Below, piece after piece: positions 12,924-29,771 of a DNA stretch of 64,000 bases (the stretch's first letter is position 1; every line of letters starts with the position of its first letter). Source of the DNA: Ramazzottius varieornatus (lineage: Eukaryota; Animalia; Tardigrada); contig BDGG01000018.1 of NCBI GenBank assembly GCA_001949185.1, positions 496,001 to 560,000 of the forward strand. The letters are read 5' to 3'. The position numbers and the translations under genes were made by a program. The notes under the pieces were generated by a model that saw nothing but the letters and a program-made list of their open reading frames with translations, was not told where the DNA came from and made no database searches.

Positions 12924-14560
12924 GGATGACCGCTTTCTGGTCCGCTTGGTGGACTTCTGGGTCTACGAAGCACTAAGCTTGAAATCAGCTTTAATTTCGC
13001 TTGTCAGTCCGAGTAAGAATTTCACACCTGATCTTGCACCGGCGGAACTGTCTCCGGGCAATTATTCTTCAAATTTGGGGGGAGTTCTATCTGCAACCAT
13101 GTCACATAATTATACTAGTGACTCGTCTCCTCTACCACAAACCGTAAAAACGTTAACGGCTTACAGGTTCTTGGCATCGATGGTGTATGATCTGACCACA
13201 CAGTGAGCACTGGGTAACGTGGTTTCCGTTCTGATCAATCTTGACAAGGACTGTTATACGATACTCCATTTTTTGTAACATAACACGGGTCAAATATATC
13301 AGTTGCTCTCTGCTATCCAAACTAATCAAGTAATTTTTGATTCTGGTTTTCCCCTTCCTCTGCGCAAAAAAATAAGGCAAGGATACCTCTAAAAACAACA
13401 AGTTCTTCAATCAATCGACCAGTCAGTATATCGATCATTCTACAAACAAAGAAAGCGTTTTAATTATCTTATTAGCCGCAAATTATATTGAGTCATAACG
13501 ATCAAGAAGTGCTGATTCATATTCCATTAATTTGAATTTTGATTAGCTGGAGGTCCTTTTTCTTGTAGTTTTTACTTTCTTTGATTTTTTTGCGCAGAGG
13601 TTTGCCCCTTTTTTAAGGTACGGCCGGGGCGCACGATAAAAGGAGAGCGGCCGTCCCACTTCGGATGCCCTTGTGGACATTCCTCAGCTATACGCCACTT
13701 CCGCACATGGATTGCCCTTTCTGCCGCCCGTCCGCGTGCCCATAACTGGACGAAGTCCAGAAAACTAAGGCATGGCCTGGCAGTCATAATGGCTGACCAG
13801 AGCCCCACGCAACTTACGGGGATGCTTCCGTTGTTGATGTGGTGCCTGTGAGACTAAACAACATCAAAATTTTTTGCATCGCGTGCCGGCTTTTATAGGC
13901 CAGCTGACACCGTCTATGGGGTATTTTCCCACTTACCCCATGGCAGCCATCTGGCACGTACGTACAGCCAGCTGACTACGAGTGCAGGCTATGTCGTAGC
14001 TGCGGCCAATCGCTCCGTTATGCTCCGCCCACACTAGTCAACTGAAAATTTCCAGCAACAAAGCAGTAAATACCCGGCTCCGCCTGCTGCCCGGTGCGGT
14101 CGGCCAGAGATTCCTGGGGCAATCCCTTGCGGAGGTGACCGCAAGCCTGTGCAGTATATAGGCTTCAGGGTTCGGGGGCAGTGCTCAGCAGGTAAGATAA
14201 ACTCTTCCCGACCTCCCGAATGGCTTGCCAAAGGTGCTGAATAACGATGAATTAGGCAAATCGGGGTGAAACTACATACAGTACCTACGTAACTTGATTT
14301 TTTGAATAAATCTTAAATTTAGTTGATTGCCTTTTATTCTTGACTGAGCGATACGTTTTCATCATTTTTATGGCAGGCTAAGCTTGGAGCGCTCTGGTGT
14401 CACCGGATCGGTCGGGAAGAGTTTACCTGCTGAGCACTGTTCGGGGGAACTTCAGGCTGATCTTCTGACTGTCCAAACACCGAGAGTCCGAACTGTCTTC
14501 CCACTTTTGGCTTCTTCTCACTTCCCACCACATGCAGCTCTCGGAACGTTGGGATGCAAG

Positions 14561-16751
14561 ATGATGGCCCAGAATTTACTGCAGGTACTGCGGGATGGCG
14601 CAAGGCTGGCAACTCAACGTGGCAGCGTCAGAGTGAGTAAATTCAACTAATATTCAGCCATCGTTCTTATGTTCGCGGTGAGGAGTTATTTTTTGTCCAT
14701 TCCTAGGCCTCCGGGACAGCCAGTGAACGTTTACTGACCTTCGCGGGATCGGCCTGTCATCGTTGGGCGTGCAGAACTGCTGGCATACGTGCGCATTCGA
14801 CCAACTTCCGGGGAAGCGCGACTGAGTTTCCCTGCACGATTGTAACGTAACCATCTTCCTTTCCCACTCCATGGCCTTCCATGATTAGTCTATGTTGTGA
14901 CCATAGAACGCCAAAAGGACCAGAGCCCCAGTACGAAAGAGTCAACACGGGATACCAGACATTCACGCTCCCTGAGCCATTCCATTGCCAGTACAACAAG
15001 GGCCTCCTACCGGAAGTGCACATTGCCTATGAGACGTGGGGCAAGCTCAACCAAGCGCGGGACAATGCTGTACTGGTCTTCACGGGTTTGTCAGCCAGCT
15101 CGCATGCTCGAAGTCAATCGGAAAACCCTCTGCCCGGATGGTGGGAGGAATTTGTCGGACCGGGAAAAGCCCTCAACACAAGCGAGTTCTTTGTCATATG
15201 CGCCAACCATATCGGAGGCTGTTATGGATCAACAGGTGCGTACCTCGTTCCGTATCCCTACAGGCATTTTTCGAATGCTGCATGACTTTTTCCAGGCCCT
15301 TCGTCTATAAACCTGCTCACTGGACAACCTTACGCCACCACATTCCCCATAATATCAGTCGAAGGTAATGCGGCCTCGCCAGGTTGCAACTTTTTAGACT
15401 TAGGACGTCGGCAAGCGAATGCACCTGGGTTATCACCTAAAGTGGCGCACATTCTCATTGATATCGGCTGGAAGCATGCGCGACTTGGAGGAACGATCGT
15501 GTTACGTTTTAGTGGTACCCCATGTGACGCACATTTACAGTGTTCTAGCCGACAGAGTGCGCCACTTGGGAAAACGCTTTAATTTTTTAGCTCATTTGCC
15601 GGGCTACCAGTTGTTCCTCGAGAAGCTTACTGGATTCGAACAAAGCCGAGGAGGCGTTGCGTTACCAAAAACACGTGGAACTCTGTTTTAGATATGGTAC
15701 GTGCGCAGTTCGCCCTTCTGGACCACTTGAACATCAAGACGCTTCACGCTTGTGTTGGGTCTTCGCTTGGAGGCATGTGCTCCGCCCAGGCCGCTGTCCT
15801 GTTCTCCGATCGAATACGGCGACTGGTCTCCATCTCGGCTTGCACTTATTCGCATCCAGCAAGTATCGCAACTCGCTACGTAGGTTTTTGAATTTCAGCT
15901 CAAAACGCAGAATAATCATTACCAAAGTAAATTATCTTTGTCCTTAGGTTCAGCGGCGCTGTATAATGACGGACCCAAACTGGAGCAACGGCTTCTACTA
16001 CGGAAATACTTACCCGAAGCACGGTATGAAAGTGGCGCGGGAGATTGCGACGATCAGTTACCGAAGTGGTCCGGAATGGCGTCAGAGGTTCGGCAGACAG
16101 AAGATCGAAGGAGCTCCCATCAGCCTCTGTCCCACCTTCCTCATCGAACAATACATCGACTATCAAGGCGAACGAGCTTCTGTCATGCTGGACCCGAACA
16201 CGCTCCTGTACATCTCCAAAGCCATGGACCTCTTCGAACTGACTCCGGAAGAACTCAAGGTACGCTGGAGACCCTTTTGGCTTGTCTATCATGTACCTGC
16301 ATACGCACACTTCGCTAGTCGTAACAGCTCGTCTGTAGGTAGGTGAGTGCAAGACCGGCAAGAGTTCGTTGTCGATCTTCTGTAGTGTGACACCCTCTTT
16401 TTAACTTTATATTTAACGCCTTTATTTGTTTTCAGAGAATACAGATGCCGACGCTGATTATGGGCGTGACGACCGACGCGCTCTTCCCGGTGTGGCAGCA
16501 GCGGGAGATGGCGCACCAGTTGATGGAGAACGGGACACCAACGACTTACTACGAGCTGCCGTCTCTGTATGGCCATGATACGTTTCTTCTGGATATTCAC
16601 GGGGTCGGAACAGCAATCAAGGTTTGTGATCAACTGAAGAAGTCTCAGAAACAAACTGGGAATATGTGATGTTTTCCAGGGTTTTCTGGAGACCGCGGTT
16701 AGCGAGCAGACCGCACTTCGCAACACCATCTCACCGTTTCCTTACTACTGA
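14561..16751 (+). CDS. MetX-family serine O-succinyltransferase-like (Cys2/homoserine acetyltransferase fold) with probable mitochondrial presequence
   Basis: Motifs IAYETWGKLN, TGLSASSHA, PGWWEEFVGPG, GGCYGSTGP, nucleophile motif GSSLGGM and GHDTFLL. The N-terminus is Arg-rich and acid-poor (MMAQNLLQVLRDGARLATQRGSVR). Last exon 16680-16751. Confidence 0.85.
15438..15575. repeat. Family A, 2 units (succinyltransferase intron)
   Basis: AAGTGGCGCAC-N25-ATGCGCGACTTG and GTGACGCAC..GTGCGCCACTTGGGAAAA. Confidence 0.85.
16295..16344. repeat. Family B intronic inverted motif (succinyltransferase intron)
   Basis: ACCTGCATAC-N30-GTAGGTAGGT. Confidence 0.7.
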
Positions 16752-17030
16752 AATTTCAACGGCGAAACGTCAAAAATCCTTCCTGCCTTTTTTAGGTTTT
16801 TAATTTTTTATCCAGAACTCAAATTTCTCGTCGTATCACTGGCCGGTGAACTTCTTCTAGACTGATTTACAAAAATTAACATTATGATACTAGTAACTTT
16901 TCCGCGAGAAGTTTTATTTCCTCATGGGAAAAGTGTGATCTACTGTGATGAAAAATCAGCGACTCCAGTAGGAAACAATATTTCTATTTCGAAAAACGTG
17001 AGACAGCAGAAAGAGAAGTATGGAAGAATA

Positions 17031-18041
17031 TTAGTCTTTCTCGGACAAAGCCACAAGATGATGATCAACTTCCGCCTCTGTCAGAACACGGAAAACTGGG
17101 TTGTCTTTCGTCACGAGGCCCACTTCAATTTCTGAAGCTTTGAAGTCGATAGCCATCACGGAAGAAAAGCAGTTCAGCGCCAACTGAAAATAAGAAACAA
17201 ACTTTGTATGAGGCATCCAGGCTAATTTAGACCTGCGGCTTCGTGAACCTGCATACTCGGGCACCACAAAGCATCCAGTACCCAGTGTACGCACGTTAAC
17301 GAACTTCGTGCACTAGCATACACGGAGCTCGTAACAATTTGCCTATAATCTATATGCATGTCGGTGAAACAGATTTACCTGTATGACTTCATCGTCGTTT
17401 AGCGTTGCCTGTTGCTTCAGCGATTTCTCCAAGAAGGCATTCACCTCCGCCTGTTTTGCCCCCACCCCAATGCCTCTAAACCCACAGTAGAATCCCGCAG
17501 GATCAGTCTTGTACAGTTGCGGTCCCTTCTCGGCGTCATAGCCGATCATCATCATGGAGCAGCCCAGTGGGCGCATGAAGGCATTCTGGGTGTAGACCTG
17601 GTTGATATCGGCCAACCTCTTACACAGCATGTCCAGCGGGATCTCATAGCCATACTTGTACTTCCATTCAGCCGCCTCGTAACGGGCTCGCTCCACTTGC
17701 GAGCGAGCATCGCCGATGAGACCGGTCATAACACAGCCGTGACTCTCGGTTAGCTTGTACAGGTTGGAGACGGAAGCAGGATCCAGGAGACGGTCGGGAA
17801 CTTTCTTTTGAGTAACAACGATGGCTGCCGAGGTACCTTTCAGTCCGACGGACGTGTGGCCGGTGACACTGATGGCTTTGAAGGCATATTCTGGAAGAAA
17901 ACCGACAGCAATTAAACTGTCCATTCAATCAAGCACAATCAATCAGAGTGATAACACATACTTACCAACTTGATACAAACGTCCTTCTGGTGAGAAAATT
18001 GTGAGGAAACGATCGAATCCAGAGCTCGATCCGCGCGACAT
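17031..18041 (-). CDS. PSMA6: Proteasome subunit alpha type-6 (alpha1)
   Basis: [25 protein letters not shown]|EYAFKAI; [18 protein letters not shown]; [12 protein letters not shown]; [10 protein letters not shown]; three exons. Confidence 0.96.
17247..17361. repeat. Family B, 2 units (PSMA6 intron 2)
   Basis: ACCTGCATAC-N30-GTACGCACGT and ACTAGCATAC-N30-ATATGCATGT. Confidence 0.75.
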
Positions 18042-18237
18042 GATAAAAACGTTGAAGATCCTCCTTCAGTCTTTCAGTTCTGACTTTCCCGTCAAGGTAT
18101 CCGCGTTCGAAGAGGCCCAGAAGGGAGAAAATTCAATTTTGCTGAATAACGAAAATATTTCTAATCTGAATGTTTTGAATGCGGACTTTCCATCGTTCAG
18201 TCACTTCAGTGGAACTGGAATTGATCATCCGTTCCGT

Positions 18238-18810
18238 CAGAGATGGGATAAATGTGATATACCGAAATCTACCGAAACTAAATCGAACTTATCGATATGG
18301 TATGAGAAATTACCGAAACCGGAATTACCGGTGCGAGTCTCACATGGAAAAACCGATTTCGGTGTGCGTTCGCACCAAACCGATGCCAAATCGAAATTTT
18401 TCGGTAGATTGAAACATACCGAAAGGCCCAGAAAGATGAGAGTTTGACCGATTTCTAAGCGATCCCGAGAAAGTTTTCGGCTTGCAGACTGTATTCCTGC
18501 TATCTTGATAGACAGCCATCCGGTGGCGGAAAACCTCTCAACATCTCAAGACACGCCAAGCGTTGTAAGCTTGCGGCTAGCCCCGTTTTGCGCCAGTTTT
18601 ACCTGGTTTTCCCCGTTAATAAGAGAAATTTTTTTTCCGGTTTACAGATTTTTCGGTTTGATTTGGTGTGATAAATCGAAATTTCGGTGCAGCAATTTAC
18701 CAAATCAAAAATATCGGTGTGGACTTCACACTGAAATTTTCGATTCGGTGTGAGAGTTTACCAAATCGGATAATACCAAACCGAACTTCATCACACTTAT
18801 CCCATCTCTA
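18238..18810. mobile_element. hAT-type MITE in the PSMA6-RBBP4 divergent promoter region
   Basis: TIR (C/T)AGAGATGGGATAA.TGTGAT; 8-bp TSD CGTTCCGT/CGTTCCGC; many ACCGA/TCGGT subterminal repeats. Confidence 0.85.
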
Positions 18811-19132
18811 CGTTCCGCTTTCAGCAGGTGGGGCTGTCACTACGAGCGTTCCACACTTCCATTTCCACCAAATCTCCAATGTTCTGTTTGTTCCACATCC
18901 TTCGTTGACTTCGTTCATTACGTTCCGCCGAAAATCTCAAATGAAATTTAATTTGGTCTTTCTGTTCCTTCCCGCAGCGCGCTCTTCCAGAAAATCTAAT
19001 CTTCTCCGTCGACAAGGATCGCTGAATCTGTATCCAGTGTGGACCGGGGAAAGCATACAGCTGGGCGTTTGCAGGTGGACAGAGCCTGCGTGATCCCGTT
19101 GTATCGGCATCGTAGTTCGCCTTAGCCGCAAG

Positions 19133-21801
<2,669 letters not shown>

Positions 21802-22510
21802 GGACGAAAGGATGGAACATGGCCAGGTCCAGATAGCCGATTTTGGCATTATTTATTTTTAGCCACAACTCTATTCCTACGTGCAAGACCTTGAAACCTT
21901 GGAATTTTCTCATTTTTATTTTTTGTCGTACGCTTTTCTTTTTGAGCTATACAAATGGAAATTGTGTGTAGACTGATCCAGTGTCAGTAAAAGTTCTGAG
22001 CGAAAAATATTAGCACAAGTGTTCAGCAATCGTGGGCGGAACGACCAGCGGTAATTCGATATACAGTAAGTTATGAGGTACAGGCAGAGCTCTGCGACGA
22101 TCACGAAGCCGATTGCTATCCGTAGAATCTCTTTCTTTTGATCAGTCATCTGTTCGAGAGGCTTCGTGGAAAATGCAGTGTAGGAGGGAAATGGGAAGGG
22201 ATGGTCGAAGTACTCGTACAAATCGATCAATCACATAGCGGAAACACCAAAAAGAATCAAAGGCCGTGATCAGTTCGTCTTCCCAGCTCGTCTTCTTGAG
22301 AGGACAGGTTGAATTTTGTTTTATAGCAATTCTAATTGTCCATGGACATCGTAATACTGCAGGTTACATTGTACATCCCGGAAGTACTGAGTGAATAGAC
22401 CATTGTTGAGAGACTAAAAAAAACTATCTTGATATCAAAAATTAATCAGCGAACTCCACGAGCAAATTTACATGTCTAGTACGTAACTTCATCCCAAAGA
22501 GAAGTGAATG

Positions 22511-24737
<2,227 letters not shown>

Positions 24738-25418
24738 GACGCTGCTGACTGGCAAGACGGAGAGGGAAGCCAACGCGTAGGGAGCAATTGGAGCGTCAAC
24801 TGCGTGACTGCGTCACACTCCACCAGCTGCCTTCTTCACCTACTGGACGCTGGCAGGGGCTGTTGACGACCTTCCGGGACCTTCAGTTAGCCCAATCTTC
24901 TCACAGAAGATCCGGGAGAGAAGGGAGAAGCAGAAAATGGGGAAACAAAGAAGCTTCTGTTGGATACCAACGTGATACATTGGAATCATTCAAAAATCTT
25001 CTGTTGACGTTTTTAATACTGGTACCTGACTCTACCCCAGGCGGAAACGAGCAGTACGGCAATGGCTTGCCATGCTGTGAAGGTACACTAGCGTCGTGAG
25101 CCGTGCGGTGGGAGTTTGCAGGGTTCATTTCTTTTTGAGGGGCTGTTGTCCGTTTCCTTGAAGTCTGATTCCATCAGCTGATGGAACAATTCCACTAAAA
25201 CGAGCTGGTGGAATTCCCCTTGCACATTAGGGATGGAACTGGAGCCCGTTGAAAGGGAGAGGGCTACGGATCCGCGCATTTGGACAATGCGTAGTGCGTG
25301 CGCTTACCTCTAGGATTTCTGTCCATCGTTTCGACATCTTTTCTCCGCAAAAAAGACGAGCACGGTCGGTGCTGTTTACATGCCTTCGTCAACGCTGGCA
25401 AAAGCCGGACGCACGAGG

Positions 25419-25537
25419 CGCTCGGCACGGAAATATCTACCGGTCGTGGAGATATCTACCGAGTCCTTACACGTTAAACTTCAGCGCAAGTACCCGGTAG
25501 ATATCTCCACGTCCGGTGGATATTCCCCTGCCGAGCG
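25419..25537. repeat. Isolated ~120-bp imperfect inverted repeat
   Basis: CGCTCGGCACGGAAATATCTACCGGTCGTGGAGATATCTACCG pairs with CGGTAGATATCTCCACGTCCGGTGGATATTCCCCTGCCGAGCG. Confidence 0.75.
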
Positions 25538-25672
25538 GACTCGTAGACTTTCGGTTCCAACTGACTTTCTGTTAATCCGTGTATGTCTTTGTATGCATCT
25601 AGGTCATTTTCAGCTGTGGAAAACTCTTCTGCGCAAGCCAGCAAGATTCAATCGGAAGTCTGACCCGTGGGC

Positions 25673-25981
25673 TATGGAAGGCTCGGCAGAGCTAAAATAA
25701 GCCGCTTTAGCCGTGGCTAAAAATATTTTAGCCGCCGCTAAAGCAGCTAAAATACTTTTAGCCACGGCTAAAATGTATTGTGCGTTCGATTGATTTATTG
25801 ATGTTGAGTCGGCCAAAATAGTTTTGGCATCAAAATAAATCATTCGAACGCACAATACATTTTAGCCGTGGCTAAAAGTATTTTAGCTGCTTTAGCGGCG
25901 GCTAAAATGTTTTTAGCCACGGCTAAGAACGGCTAAGAACGGCTAAGAACGGCTTATTTTAGCTTCGCCGAGCCTTCTATA
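25673..25981. mobile_element. hAT-type foldback MITE
   Basis: Long near-perfect inverted arms (~115 bp) beginning TAT(G/A)GAAGGCTCGGC; exact 8-bp TSD CCGTGGGC; TTAGCC/GGCTAA repeats. Confidence 0.9.
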
Positions 25982-26902
25982 CCGTGGGCAAGTGTAGAGT
26001 CTAGTTACTACACACTTCGCACAAATGGCAAAGGAGTTCACGAGTAATGCAGGGTACGTCAAGTCAGCATCAGTCACCCTTCAAGCGAGCCTATACAGCT
26101 ATACCAGCAGAGATTTTCTACGGTACCGCGTGTATACCGAGACAAAAAAAGATTTACTTCAGAGGCCGCTGATTGCTTTTCCGAAAGTAGCAAGATCAAA
26201 AGTAGCCTTTAACAACGTAGATCAAAAGTAGCCTTCAACAGCTAGAGAGAACACGGATCTGTCATAGTTCGTTGGTACGAAGTCTGAGCAAGCTGTCAAA
26301 AGGCCAACATGACAGTGGCATCAGTCAGTGACGTCAGCATCCGGCGGAAGTTCAGTGGGAGCACCTGTGGGAAAGGAAAGCGAAGGAGGAGATGGTGAAT
26401 ATCTTCACCATCTGAACAAATAGTTCTCCAGAATCGTGATAGACGGCGTTTAGACGCCTCCTGCTAACCGGTGCCGATAGGTCTCGAGCGACAACCAGGA
26501 GCCAGAATGCTGTAACGGCTTCGCGAGGCAGAGTTGCGGTGGTGCCCACATCAAGAATCAAAGAGCTAGGCCTCTTGAAAGTTGCCCCTGATAGCTTCTC
26601 CTCTGTTGCATGCGCAGTGGTCAAAGGTAATCCCTTGTGTCCTACGGCCGACAACTGTCGAAGTGTGCTTGCTTCAAGGCTTTTCTGCACCATCTTGATC
26701 TGCGTAAATTCTTTTGGGTCGTTAAAAAATGTTGATCGCTGCTTAGTGTACACTGTGAAATTGAGGTGTGGAGTGAAATCCTTCATCAATTAAAAGCGAC
26801 ACGGTATAGCTTAAACTATAGTAAATCGTGGTATAGTTTTCTAGGTACAAAGTTGATTTTGCGTTAGCCGAAGGTGAGGATTGCCAGAAAGGTGTCATGA
26901 GG

Positions 26903-27244
26903 CTAAATACTACAAGATCCGGCACATTTCCCGCACTTGTCGTATTCCCTGTCGAAACCGCATAACCATAGTCTTGAGTGCGTCCCCGGGTTGTGTAGCA
27001 CCACTCCGTGTGATTGGTTAGCATGGCATCGCAGCCGGCCCAACAGCGGCTTTTCCAGCATCCGCCTTTCAGCGAGCAACCGTAGTTTGCTGGAGCACTG
27101 GCCGGGTTTAGCCATTTCATGCTAAACCAGTAAGGGCTGTATTGGTCTGGCGTTTTGTCGAGGTAATATCACATTTTTTCACCTGGAAAACGATGTAGTG
27201 AAGAAAGCCATCAGAAGTAACGAGCAACACCATTTCCAATGCAT
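26903..27244 (-). pseudogene. Secreted cysteine-rich peptide (Tha p 2-like) copy 1, frameshifted
   Basis: Signal exon MHWKWCCSLLLMAFF, then GCWKSRCWAGC..EWCYTT..QDYGY. A 7-nt deletion relative to copy 3 shifts the CGKCAGSCSI tail out of frame. Confidence 0.7.
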
Positions 27245-28064
27245 TCTCCGAAAATAATCCGTCAACGGGTCAAGATACTATATACAAGACGAATACAAGG
27301 GCAATATTACTACAAGGAAAATAGTAGTGCAAAACAGTGCAATCAGTGACCATCGATTAAGTCGACCTCAACAGTGTTATTTTCAGCACTGCAGCAACCA
27401 CATGGAAACGGTGAAACGTCTGACGTACCTACGGGCTTAAACTTGCTATCGACCGCATGGCGCATGCAGTCCAGTCAACGATAGGAGTGTCCACAAGAAC
27501 GGTGACCTTAATGGTACCAAAGAAACCTGGTCTTCAACAGGCGTACTGACGGACACCAAAGCGTCCTTCGGCAGAAAATTACGCATAACGCCATCGCGCT
27601 CGACTTGAGCGGTGTTCTTTACTTCTGCATAGAGGGATATACGGTTTGACAGTTATCGGTACACCAAAAAAGCTTTACTTAATGCCAAGTTTGATTTACG
27701 CCAGATGGAGTCGTGTTTCCAGATGGCTTTCCTGTACCTTTACCAACTTCATTGAGATGGACATCCAGCTAGCAGCTAGCGGAAAGAGTAATCGTATCTA
27801 AGCTTCCGGGCATGTTTCGACGGTCAGTCTATTTCGCCATCACGAAAATGCGTCAGAGCATAGATCCCTCTCCCCCGCTTCGTGAATCGCTCACTTCATT
27901 CACGTAATCTTGAATGTCAAAACTTTACCAAATATAATCATCTCGCTACAAATCCCTTTTATTGAATTTATCTATGTAAAGTATAAAGTAGCTGCCCGCA
28001 TAGTTTCCTAATGATAAAGTTGCATTGACAGACGACGTTAACCGAAGATTGCTAAACATAGAGG

Positions 28065-28704
28065 CTACAGGCTACAAGGGCCGGCGCATCGCCAGCACGA
28101 TTCGCAATCCTTGTCGGAACTGCATTTGACATAACCGTAATCTTGACTGCGTCCCTCCGTTGTGTAGCACCATTCATTAGCGAAGAAAGTGGCGTCGCAG
28201 CCAGCCCAACAGTAGCCTCTATGGCATCCCCATCTTTCTGAGCATCCCATACTCCCCGTATATAAGGACATCAAATCACCCGGCAAATCTGCAGGGCTTG
28301 GAGCCACCGGCCCGCTGTAGTACAAAACAGCTTTGTAATGCGGAAAGCTAAAGCTTCAGATTGACAGTAATAATTCTCACTTCTACAATACGTCACAGGG
28401 ACGAGCTTCTTAAACGTGAGAGTGACGGGAGATCCCAATTTACTTCAGGAGACTGAAGTCATCGTAGAGAAAAACCAAGGACACGGCTCTACAGTACGGC
28501 AAGGTGGGACGTGACAGTGTGGCGCATACTTGTGGCGAACGCAATCCACCTACTGGCTGGCTTCACCTTGTAGAAATGGTCCGTGTTACGGATTGCAGAG
28601 GTGAGAATTATTACTGTAGGGGGCCAAATTATGGTCATGGCTTACCCGTGGACAGCCGTGAATATGATGGCAGCGGCCAATAAGTAGCAAAGCATTTTCT
28701 GCAT
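28065..28704 (-). CDS. Secreted cysteine-rich peptide (Tha p 2-like) copy 2 (exons ~28704-28646, 28314-28065)
   Basis: Signal peptide MQKMLCYLLAAAIIFTAVHG spliced in frame to GCHRGYCWAGC..EWCYTTEGRSQDYGYVKCSSDKDCESCWRCAGPCSL; 10 Cys in the mature domain. Confidence 0.8.
28365..28616. mobile_element. MITE in intron of copy 2, probably Tc1/mariner type
   Basis: TIR CAGTAATAATTCTCAC continuing imperfectly to ~55 bp; TA present on the right flank only. Confidence 0.6.
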
Positions 28705-29771
28705 TTTTCGACAAAAAGGTCTGAAAAGGTTTGAGGCCAAAATATTACAGGAAAGCAGACATAGGTGTGAAATAAATACTACAGGTTGGAAAAATTTTTT
28801 ATGGCAACTGACAAAAGGACGAGTGATGGTCAGCTGCGTTGAGCGCCCCATGGCAACTCCAATTTGGGTCAGGAAAGCGCGACTGTAGGGACAGCTAAAA
28901 AAACGCTCTAAAATCAACAAACTTGCTGATGGCTGCCTGACGATTGGTATTCTCTCGACGAGGTTCTTTCGTTTTGCAGGACCTTTACAATTCCACAACC
29001 AACAAGTAGGATCGCGACCACGACTAATGTCTGAACTGTGGAGGAGGGTCCTCGTCCGTGTAGTGACTTGAACTCGTTGCCCAATGAGAGGTACCAGTGC
29101 CGATCGACACTACTAGCACTCGTAGTGAAAACTTGTTCACCAGTCAAATATACTGTATCCGCTTCTCGATTCACCAAACGAACTATTCGGAGTTGCCTTC
29201 AGTCATGCTCTGGCTAGTACGACGCGTTGGGAAGCGTGACTCTCTTCCACGAACAATGGAGCGGAACTTGACGAGTTCCCACAAAATTCCATCTTCATGC
29301 CATTGACTCAGGGTGGAAGTCTTGACCACTAAGTGGGTGGACGGTGCAACAGCGAGCGAAGACGAAGGCTAGGCCAGCAGCTTTGCCACAAGGGCAGAGA
29401 ACGCCTCGACCACCATGGCAACTCTGTCAACGGTACCACTGACACCTGCTGGAATTCTAGCCAGTCGCCTGGATGGAATTCTGGACAATGGAACTAGCCT
29501 GTTTCGAACCCTGTGCATGTTTTTTCTAAAATCTGGATTTCGTATTTTGGAGGAGGAAATAGATAGACATAGCAGTTTTACGTAGGCTGCGTATTCCTCT
29601 TCAACTGTGATGTCAACATGAGGCATCTTTCTGGTTTGCATTGTTAGACATCTGATTCAGTATCGTTAGATGTCGTTGTGGATATTTGGGCCAATGTCAA
29701 GCATCTAGATGGAGCACTGTAATTAATGTCTGGCAGAATCTGCTGTCATCCAAATCGAGCATGGTCTCGAC

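Noticed and set aside
21916-22230. 104-aa ORF with a hydrophobic stretch between RBBP4 and PHAF1
   Set aside because: It has a TTG start and no recognisable domain, and it lies in the probable convergent 3' UTR zone; it cannot be supported without expression data.
26352-26789. 145-aa minus-strand ORF
   Set aside because: No recognisable motif or splice context.
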